A DNA stretch of 57,739 bases from Thiobacillus sp. (GTDB taxonomy: Bacteria > Pseudomonadota > Gammaproteobacteria > Burkholderiales > Thiobacillaceae): assembly GCA_035562135.1 (NCBI GenBank), contig DATMWS010000056.1, positions 1 to 57,739 of the forward strand, written 5' to 3'. Position 1 is the stretch's first letter; each line of letters begins with the position of its first letter. Of this stretch, positions 50,663-57,739 are shown one piece after another. The notes beneath the pieces were generated by a model. That model searched no databases and was not told the DNA's origin. It saw only the letters and a list, made by a program, of their open reading frames with translations. Position numbers and translations under genes: made by a program.

Positions 50663-52030
50663 TCAGGCGCGGCGCCAGGTGGTGCCGCCTGCCCCGTCTT
50701 CCAGCACGATGCCCGCCGCCGTCAGCGTATCGCGGATGCGGTCGGATTCGGCGAAGTCCTTCGCCTGGCGCGCCGCTTGGCGCGCCACGATCAAGGTCTC
50801 GATTTCGGCTTCGGAGAGGCCGCCGGGTGCGGTTCCCGCCTGCAGAAAGTCGGCCGCATCGCGCTGCAGCAGGCCGAGCACGCCGCCGAGGCTGCGCAGG
50901 GTCTGCGCCGCGGCAGCATCGCCCCGGTTGGCCTCGCCGGCCAGATCGAACAGCACCGCGAGGGCTTCCGGGGTGTTGAAGTCGTCGTCCATCGCCGCGC
51001 GGAAGGACGCCGCCGCAGGCTGGCTCCAGTCGGGCGCGGCTGTCTCCAGCGGTGCGTTTTTCAGCGCGGTATACAGGCGCGTCAGCGCGCCCCTGGCGTC
51101 GTCGAGGTGGGCATCCGAATAGTTCAGCGGGCTGCGGTAGTGCGCGCGCAGGATGAAGAAGCGCACCACCTCGGCGTCGTATTGCGCCAGCACCTCGCGG
51201 ATGGTGAAGAAGTTGCCCAGCGACTTGGACATCTTTTCGTTGTCCACCCGCACGAAGCCGTTGTGCATCCAGTAATTGACGAAGGTGCAGCCATTCGCGC
51301 CTTCGGACTGTGCAATCTCGTTTTCGTGATGCGGAAACTGCAGGTCCTGGCCGCCGCCGTGGATGTCGAAATGCTTGCCGAGCAGGTCAGCGCTCATCGC
51401 CGAGCATTCGATGTGCCAGCCGGGGCGGCCCAATCCCCAAGGGGACTCCCACGCCGGCTCGCCCGGTTTGGCGGCTTTCCACAGCACGAAATCCATCGGG
51501 TCGCGCTTGCTGGGATCGACCCCCACGCGTTCGCCCGCGCGCAGTTCGTCGAGGCTTTTGCCGGACAGGCGGCCGTAGGCGGGGAACGCCCGCACGCTGT
51601 AATAGACGTCGCCATTCGGCGCCGGGTAGGCCAGGCCGTTGTGGATCAATTGCCCGATCAACCCCAGCATCTGCGTCACGTATTCGGTGGCGCGCGGCTC
51701 ATGGTCGGGCGGCAGCACGCCGAGCGCGCGTTCGTCCTCGTGCATCGCGACGATGAAGCGCCCGGTCAGCGCAGCCGGGGTTTCGCCGTTGTCCGCAGCG
51801 CGCTTGATGATCTTGTCGTCGATGTCGGTGATGTTTCTCACATACTCGACCTGATAGCCGCTCGCGCGCAGCCAGCGCGTCACCATGTCGAACACCACGA
51901 ATACCCGCGCGTGCCCCAGATGGCACAGGTCGTACACGGTCATGCCGCAGACGTACATACGGACCTGGCCGGGGGTGAGCGGAACAAATTCTTCCTTGGT
52001 GCGCGTAAGGGAGTTGGTGATGTGCAGCAT
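50663..52030 (-). CDS. cysS: Cysteine--tRNA ligase
   Basis: [30 protein letters not shown]; start MLHITN at 52030. Confidence 0.99.
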   Translation of the reverse strand: MLHITNSLTRTKEEFVPLTPGQVRMYVCGMTVYDLCHLGHARVFVVFDMVTRWLRASGYQVEYVRNITDIDDKIIKRAADNGETPAALTGRFIVAMHEDERALGVLPPDHEPRATEYVTQMLGLIGQLIHNGLAYPAPNGDVYYSVRAFPAYGRLSGKSLDELRAGERVGVDPSKRDPMDFVLWKAAKPGEPAWESPWGLGRPGWHIECSAMSADLLGKHFDIHGGGQDLQFPHHENEIAQSEGANGCTFVNYWMHNGFVRVDNEKMSKSLGNFFTIREVLAQYDAEVVRFFILRAHYRSPLNYSDAHLDDARGALTRLYTALKNAPLETAAPDWSQPAAASFRAAMDDDFNTPEALAVLFDLAGEANRGDAAAAQTLRSLGGVLGLLQRDAADFLQAGTAPGGLSEAEIETLIVARQAARQAKDFAESDRIRDTLTAAGIVLEDGAGGTTWRRA

Positions 52031-52149
52031 GGGTGCGAACGGGCTACGAACGGAATGGCGACATACGGGAATCAAGCGGCGCGCCGACTGTCTCAGCCGG
52101 GGTGATATTGCTAGAATGCCAGCTTCCCAAGATGATCCGAGCATATCAC

Positions 52150-52719
52150 ATGGCTTTGTCACGTTTCGCCGCCGCCGTTGCCGCCTGCGTCATCCTCGTC
52201 AGCCCCCCCGTGCTGGCCAATGAAATCCAGGAAATCAACCAGCAGTTCCGCAAGGGCGACCTGACCGGTTCACTCGACCGCGCCAACCGCTATCTCGCCA
52301 AAAACCCGCAAGATGCGCAGGCACGCTTCCTGAAGGGGCTGATCCTCGCCGACCAGGGCAAGACCAACGATGCCATCACCGTGTTTACCGGGCTGACCGA
52401 GGACTACCCCGAGTTGCCCGAGCCCTACAACAACCTGGCCGTGCTGTATGCCTCGCAAAGCAAATACGAAGCGGCGAAGCATGCGCTGGACATGGCGATC
52501 CGCAGCCATCCCAACTACGCCACCGCGCATGAAAACCTCGGCGACATCTATGCCAAAATGGCGTCGATTGCGTATGGCAAGGCACTGGCGCTGGACAGCA
52601 AGAACACGACTGCGCAAACCAAGCTCACGCTGATCCAGAACATGCTTGGGGAACAGTCACGCAAGCCGGCAACCGCCAAGCCCGTGCCAGACTCCAGGCA
52701 GCCCGCACCGGCCAGATAA
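52150..52719 (+). CDS. Secreted tetratricopeptide repeat protein
   Basis: Signal peptide, [25 protein letters not shown]. Confidence 0.88.
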   Translation: MALSRFAAAVAACVILVSPPVLANEIQEINQQFRKGDLTGSLDRANRYLAKNPQDAQARFLKGLILADQGKTNDAITVFTGLTEDYPELPEPYNNLAVLYASQSKYEAAKHALDMAIRSHPNYATAHENLGDIYAKMASIAYGKALALDSKNTTAQTKLTLIQNMLGEQSRKPATAKPVPDSRQPAPAR

Positions 52720-52794
52720 AGCCATGCAGCCGTCCCGGTGCCGCGAAAACGGCCGCCGGAAAATCATTCACGTAACCTCACTTTAAGGACACAC

Positions 52795-53286
52795 ATGGTC
52801 AAGCTGCACACCAATCACGGCATCATCACCCTCGAACTCGACGCCGAGAAAGCGCCGAAAACGGTGGAAAACTTTCTGCAATACGTGCGCGACGGGTTTT
52901 TCGACGGCACGATTTTCCATCGCGTGATCGACGGCTTCATGATCCAGGGTGGCGGCTTCGAGCCCGGCATGACGCAAAAGCCCACCCGTGACCAGATCGA
53001 GAACGAAGCCGCCAACGGCCTCAAGAACGAGGCCTACACCGTTGCCATGGCACGCACCTCCAACCCCGGTTCGGCCACCGCGCAGTTCTTCATCAACATC
53101 GCCAACAACAGCTTCCTCAACTTCACCGCCCCCACCCCGCAGGGCTACGGCTATGCCGTGTTCGGCCGCGTGGTCGAAGGCACGGACGTGGTCGACAAGA
53201 TCAAGAAGGTGAAAACCGGCAACCGCGCCGGGCATCAGGACGTGCCGCTGGAAGACGTGGTGATCACCAAGGCGGAAATCGTCTAA
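52795..53286 (+). CDS. ppiB: Cyclophilin-type peptidyl-prolyl isomerase
   Basis: [34 protein letters not shown]. Confidence 0.95.
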   Translation: MVKLHTNHGIITLELDAEKAPKTVENFLQYVRDGFFDGTIFHRVIDGFMIQGGGFEPGMTQKPTRDQIENEAANGLKNEAYTVAMARTSNPGSATAQFFINIANNSFLNFTAPTPQGYGYAVFGRVVEGTDVVDKIKKVKTGNRAGHQDVPLEDVVITKAEIV

Positions 53287-53294
53287 AGCCCTCG

Positions 53295-54044
53295 GTGAGC
53301 CTGATCTCGTCTGTAAAAACGGGCCGCACCTATTTTGTTGCCGACCTGCACCTAACCGACGAACGCCCGGTCGCCACCGGGCGTTTTTTTCGCTTTTTGC
53401 AAGAAGAAGTTGCCGGTGCGGATGCGTTCTACATCCTGGGCGATCTGTTCGAGGCCTGGGTCGGCGACGACCACGACGAGCAGGTTGCGCACGCCACCGC
53501 ACTACGGCTCAAGGCGCTGGCGGATGCCGGCACACCGGTGTATTTCATGCACGGCAACCGCGACTTCATGCTGGCCGGGCGCTACGCCGTGCAGTCCAGC
53601 ATGACGCTGCTCGCCGACCCCAAGCGGATCGATCTGTATGGCGTGCCCACCCTGCTGATGCACGGCGATACCCTGTGTACCGACGACACCGCCTACCAGA
53701 CCTTTCGCCGCCGGGCACGGCACCCGCTGACGCTGGCGTTGCTGCGGCGTCTTCCATTTGCTTTACGCCGCCGCCTCGCGCGCCAGGCGCGGGCAGGCAG
53801 CGAATCGGCCAAGGCCGGCAAGCCGGCCGCGATCATGGATGTGAATGAGGATGCAGTGGTGCGCGTGCTGAGAGCGCAACAGGCCAGCCGCCTGATTCAC
53901 GGTCACACCCATCGCCCGGCGCAGCATCTGCATGCAGTCGATGGCCGCGACTGCGAACGCTGGGTGCTGCCGGACTGGTATGCCCGCTGGGGCTATGTGG
54001 TCTGCGACGCCGCCGGTTGCGCGCTCAGGGTTGAAAATTTATGA
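53295..54044 (+). CDS. lpxH: UDP-2,3-diacylglucosamine hydrolase
   Basis: DLHL, GDLFEAWVGDD, HGNRDF, HGD, HGHTHRP. Confidence 0.96.
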   Translation: MSLISSVKTGRTYFVADLHLTDERPVATGRFFRFLQEEVAGADAFYILGDLFEAWVGDDHDEQVAHATALRLKALADAGTPVYFMHGNRDFMLAGRYAVQSSMTLLADPKRIDLYGVPTLLMHGDTLCTDDTAYQTFRRRARHPLTLALLRRLPFALRRRLARQARAGSESAKAGKPAAIMDVNEDAVVRVLRAQQASRLIHGHTHRPAQHLHAVDGRDCERWVLPDWYARWGYVVCDAAGCALRVENL

Positions 54045-54704
54045 CGGCGCGTTGATTGCCGTCAGGCCGGCCGGCACGCGGAACAGTTCGGGCCGCAGGG
54101 GCTGCCGGATTTCGCTTTCGAACTGCCGCGTCCGCCCGGTGAACTCGCGCTCTTCCAGCGGCAGACCGAGCTTCAGGGTCGCGCCCGATTCCCACACCTG
54201 ATTCGCCAGATCGCAGTCGTGCTGCATCTCGCGCGGCGAATCCTTCCACACGCGGTATTGGGTAGCGGCCAGGATGGCTTTCAGTTCGGCCATCGCGCGC
54301 GCCGCATCCGGCGCGCCACGCCGGGCGGCCACGCCTTCGTTGCACACCACTTTATTGATGCTCAGGCTGAAGCGCTGCGTGCCGGGTGCAGCCTGCTGCG
54401 TGGTGAGCCGGGCTTTCCAGTTCGCCGGCTTGGGCGGCATTGGGCCGGGCGTGAACACCATCGCCAGTTGGTTGCCGCGCATGATGTTGATCACCTGACG
54501 TTGGCGCCGGTCGAGCAGGACGAAGTCGTCATCATCCTCGCCGCTGTCCATGCGCATGAAATCCGGCGTGACGAGGATGCGCGTCAGATAAGGCGGATCA
54601 CCCGGGTCCTGATCGAGATAGCGCAATACCGTCATGTCGGCGGCGGTGGCCGCGCCCACGCCGGAAAAAATCATGCCCAGCAAGCACCCCAGCAGCCACT
54701 TCAT
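54039..54704 (-). CDS. Secreted hypothetical protein
   Basis: MKWLLGCLLGM... signal peptide; 4-bp overlap with the metZ stop. Confidence 0.7.
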   Translation of the reverse strand: MKWLLGCLLGMIFSGVGAATAADMTVLRYLDQDPGDPPYLTRILVTPDFMRMDSGEDDDDFVLLDRRQRQVINIMRGNQLAMVFTPGPMPPKPANWKARLTTQQAAPGTQRFSLSINKVVCNEGVAARRGAPDAARAMAELKAILAATQYRVWKDSPREMQHDCDLANQVWESGATLKLGLPLEEREFTGRTRQFESEIRQPLRPELFRVPAGLTAINAPS

Positions 54705-55873
54705 TCCGTTAACCCCCGTGCAAGATCGGCCTGGATATCGGCCACCGATTCCAGACCCACCGCGATGCGCACCAGCCCGTCGCCGATGCCGGCCGCCGCC
54801 CGCTGTTCCGGCGTCATGCGGCTGTGCGTCGTGGTGGCCGGATGGGTGATGGTGGTCTTGGTGTCGCCCAGGTTGGCGGTGATCGACAGCAGCTGGGTCG
54901 CGTCGATCAGCTTCCACGCCGCCGCCTGGCCGCCCTTGAGTTCGAACGCGACGATGCCGCCGCCGGTTTTCTGCTGCGCCATCGCCAGCCTATGCTGCGG
55001 ATGCGACGGCAGGCCGGGATACAGCACGCGCGCCACCTGCGGCTGCGATTCCAGCCACTGCGCCAGCGCCAGGGCGTTGCGCGAGTGCGCCTCCATGCGC
55101 AGCGAGAGCGTCTCCATGCCTTTCAATATCACCCAGGCGTTGAACGCCGACAGCGTGGGGCCGGCGGTGCGCAGGAAAGTGTAGACGCCTTCCATCAGCG
55201 CCTGACTGCCGAGCACCGCGCCGCCGAGCACCCTGCCCTGCCCGTCGAGATACTTGGTGGCGGAATGGATCACGATGTCGGCACCGAGCTTCAAGGGCTG
55301 TTGCAGCGCCGGCGAGCAGAAGCAGTTGTCGACCGCGAGCCACGCGCCTGCCTCGTGCGCGATGTCAGCGAGCGCGCGGATGTCGCTGACCTCGGTCAGC
55401 GGATTGGACGGCGACTCGACGAAAAACAGCTTGGTGTTCGGCTTCACCGCCGCCCGCCATTCCGCCGGGTCGGTCGGCGACACATAGGTGGTCTCGATGC
55501 CGAAGCGGCCGAGGATGTTGGAAAACAGCTGCACGGTAGAACCGAAAATCGAACGCGACGCGACGACATGCTCGCCCGCCTTCATCAGCCCCATCACCGT
55601 CGCCAGGATCGCCGCCATGCCGGAAGCGAACGCCACGCAGCGCTCGGCGCCTTCGAGTGCCGCCAGCCGCGTCTCCATCATGCTGACCGTGGGGTTGGTG
55701 AAGCGCGCGTAGATCGGCCCGGGCTGCTCGCCCTTGAAGCGCGCTGCGGCTTCCGCCGCACTGCTGAACACAAAGCTGGAGGTCAGAAACAGTGCCTCAG
55801 AGTGCTCGTTGAACTGGCTGCGCACCGTGCCGGCGCGCACCGCCAGCGTTTCGAGGTCGTAATCGTCGTTCAT
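54701..55873 (-). CDS. metZ: O-succinylhomoserine sulfhydrylase
   Basis: EHSEALFLTSSF, YARFTNPT, HSATKYLDGQGR, NLGDTKTTITHP; follows purF. Confidence 0.95.
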   Translation of the reverse strand: MNDDYDLETLAVRAGTVRSQFNEHSEALFLTSSFVFSSAAEAAARFKGEQPGPIYARFTNPTVSMMETRLAALEGAERCVAFASGMAAILATVMGLMKAGEHVVASRSIFGSTVQLFSNILGRFGIETTYVSPTDPAEWRAAVKPNTKLFFVESPSNPLTEVSDIRALADIAHEAGAWLAVDNCFCSPALQQPLKLGADIVIHSATKYLDGQGRVLGGAVLGSQALMEGVYTFLRTAGPTLSAFNAWVILKGMETLSLRMEAHSRNALALAQWLESQPQVARVLYPGLPSHPQHRLAMAQQKTGGGIVAFELKGGQAAAWKLIDATQLLSITANLGDTKTTITHPATTTHSRMTPEQRAAAGIGDGLVRIAVGLESVADIQADLARGLTE

Positions 55874-55883
55874 GTTTGAGTCC

Positions 55884-55922
55884 AAAATAAAAAACCCCGA
55901 ACGGCAAACGCGGTTCGGGGTT
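55884..55922 (-). terminator. Intrinsic terminator in the metZ leader
   Basis: Minus strand aaccccgaac...gttcgggg followed by a T run and ATTTT. Confidence 0.75.
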
Positions 55923-55934
55923 CCCCTTGCGACG

Positions 55935-55985
55935 CTTTAGCCGGATTTATCAAGCGCCCGCAAGCTGAAGTTCAAATCGGCGCTA
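55935..55985 (-). ncRNA. SAM-II riboswitch
   Basis: Minus strand AGCGCCGATTTG...GCTTGCGGGCGCTTGATAAATCCGGCTAAAG has the SAM-II pattern (P1 stem, GAUUU/AAAU pseudoknot, UUGC, GCUAAA) upstream of a met gene. Confidence 0.85.
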
Positions 55986-56014
55986 AAACAATTTACGCCC
56001 GGCGCCGGACGCGG

Positions 56015-57535
56015 TCAACCGTTCGCCGCCAGGTTCAGGTCAAGTTGCTGGGTGGACAGCGCTGACGGCGGCGGGGTTTCGCCGTGGCGCACCGCCTCGA
56101 CATAGTTGAGGTACTCCGGCGTGACGTCGCCGGTGACGTAACGGCCATCGAAGCACGAGGTGTCGAAGTCTAGAATCGCCGGGTTGCCCGCACGGACCAC
56201 TTCCACCATGGCGTCGAGGTCCTGATAGATCATCGCGTCGCAGCCGATCTCGCGCGCGACCTCCTCGTCGTTGCGGCCGTTGGCGATCAGTTCGTTGCGC
56301 GTCGGCATGTCGATGCCGTAGACGTTGGAGAAACGCACCGGCGGCGAGGCCGAGGCGAAATACACCTGCCTGGCGCCGGCATCGCGCGCCATCTGCACGA
56401 TCTCGCGGCTGGTGGTGCCGCGCACGATGGAATCGTCGACCAGCAGCACGTTCTTGCCCTTGAACTCCTCGCCGATGGCATTGAGCTTCTGCCGCACCGA
56501 TTTCTTGCGCAGCGCCTGCCCCGGCATGATGAAGGTGCGGCCGATGTAGCGATTCTTGATGAAACCTTCGCGGTACGGCACATTGAGATGGTTGGCCAAC
56601 TGCAGCGCGGAAGGACGGCTGGTGTCGGGAATCGGAATCACCACGTCGATTTTCAGGTGGGAGAATTCGCGCTTGATCTTTTCGGCCAGCGACACCCCCA
56701 TGGCCAGGCGCGTGCTGTAGACCGAGACGCCATCCATCACCGAATCGGGACGCGCGAGGTAAACGTATTCGAAAATGCAGGGATTGAGCACCGACTTGTC
56801 GCTGCACTGGCGGCTGTGCAACTGGCGCTGGTAATCGATGAATACCGCTTCACCCGGCGCCACGTCACGCAGCAGGCGGAACCCCAGCGCGTCGATCGCC
56901 ACGCTTTCCGACGCCACGATGTATTCGTGCGGCATGACCTGGTCGTTGACGCCGATCACCAGCGGACGGATGCCGTACGGATCGCGGAACGCCAGCAGGC
57001 CGTAGCCGGCAATGAAGGCGGTCACCGCATAGGCGCCCTTGCAGCGCGCATGCACGCCGGCGACGGCGCCGAAGATCGTGTCCAGGCTAAGCTGCCGGCC
57101 GGAGGCGCGCACCTGCAGTTCGTGCGCCAGCACGTTCAGCAACACCTCGGAATCCGAATTGGTGTTGACGTGGCGCAGGTCGGTGCGGAACAGCGATTCC
57201 TTCAGTTCGTGGGTGTTGGTGAGGTTGCCGTTGTGCCCCAGCACGATGCCATACGGCGAGTTCACGTAGAAAGGCTGCGACTCGGCCGACGACGACGCGC
57301 TGCCCGCGGTGGGATAGCGCACATGGGCCACGCCCATGTCGCCGAGCAGACTGCGCATGTCGCGGGTGCGAAACACGTCGCGCGCCAGCCCCGGCCCCTT
57401 GTGCAGGTGAAAGTGGTTTTCCTCCGCGGTCACGATGCCAGCCGCGTCCTGGCCGCGATGCTGCAACACCATCAGCCCGTCGTACAGGAACTGATTAGCC
57501 GCCGTATTGGCAACGACTCCGATTACCCCGCACAT
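56015..57535 (-). CDS. purF: Amidophosphoribosyltransferase
   Basis: MCG N-terminus, QHRGQDAAG, HVRYPTAG, VDDSIVRGTT. Confidence 0.99.
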   Translation of the reverse strand: MCGVIGVVANTAANQFLYDGLMVLQHRGQDAAGIVTAEENHFHLHKGPGLARDVFRTRDMRSLLGDMGVAHVRYPTAGSASSSAESQPFYVNSPYGIVLGHNGNLTNTHELKESLFRTDLRHVNTNSDSEVLLNVLAHELQVRASGRQLSLDTIFGAVAGVHARCKGAYAVTAFIAGYGLLAFRDPYGIRPLVIGVNDQVMPHEYIVASESVAIDALGFRLLRDVAPGEAVFIDYQRQLHSRQCSDKSVLNPCIFEYVYLARPDSVMDGVSVYSTRLAMGVSLAEKIKREFSHLKIDVVIPIPDTSRPSALQLANHLNVPYREGFIKNRYIGRTFIMPGQALRKKSVRQKLNAIGEEFKGKNVLLVDDSIVRGTTSREIVQMARDAGARQVYFASASPPVRFSNVYGIDMPTRNELIANGRNDEEVAREIGCDAMIYQDLDAMVEVVRAGNPAILDFDTSCFDGRYVTGDVTPEYLNYVEAVRHGETPPPSALSTQQLDLNLAANG

Positions 57536-57556
57536 GCTGCGCACCTATCCATAAAA

Positions 57557-57739
57557 TTATTCGAAACGAACGTATTTCGCCACATCGGCCGGCACCAGCG
57601 GCAAGGCACGAAGCGCCATTGCCTGCAGGCTGCCCGACAGCATGGCCTGTTTCCAGAAGTCGGTGCGCGGCAGCGAGGTCAGCCCGGCTGCAAGCGTCAG
57701 GCCGATCAGAATCACCAGCCCCTTGGCCAGCCCCAGCAC
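57557..57739 (-). CDS. cvpA: CvpA family protein, 3' part
   Basis: Hydrophobic C-terminus (GLAKGLVILIGL...LTSLP) directly upstream of purF; 5' end outside the window. Confidence 0.8.
   Translation of the reverse strand: MLGLAKGLVILIGLTLAAGLTSLPRTDFWKQAMLSGSLQAMALRALPLVPADVAKYVRFE

Noticed and set aside
50087-52105. 672-aa plus-strand ORF
   Set aside because: Antisense shadow of cysS

Overview
High-GC betaproteobacterial chromosome segment. Gene content and order suggest a Thiobacillus-like sulfur oxidiser (inference). The backbone is housekeeping: orn/rsgA, argD-argF-argG-ppnP-BPH-yajQ, rpsT, murJ-ribF-ileS-lspA-fkpB-ispH, mlaFED-mlaCB-yadGH-bolA-murA-hisG, cysS, ppiB-lpxH and cvpA-purF-metZ with a SAM-II riboswitch. 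Accessory parts are a type IV minor-pilin cluster, a partly decayed glycan biosynthesis locus, two type II TA pairs and several small remnants. Most notable: (1) an ECF sigma/anti-sigma module whose anti-sigma carries a DsrE-like sensor domain, with twin divergent GGAATA-N16-CGTC promoters facing a secreted DsrE protein plus porin and a secreted DUF255 thioredoxin protein, a candidate periplasmic sulfur-sensing system; (2) an mla operon with a TolC-family channel in the usual MlaA/VacJ slot; (3) a 55-aa PEP-CTERM micro-protein and a 31-aa membrane peptide, both absent from the ORF track; (4) a 51-bp palindromic tandem repeat; (5) a catalytic D-to-N change in the WbpM/PglF-type dehydratase. No rRNA, tRNA or CRISPR array was seen. 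All family calls come from motif recognition, not from database searches.
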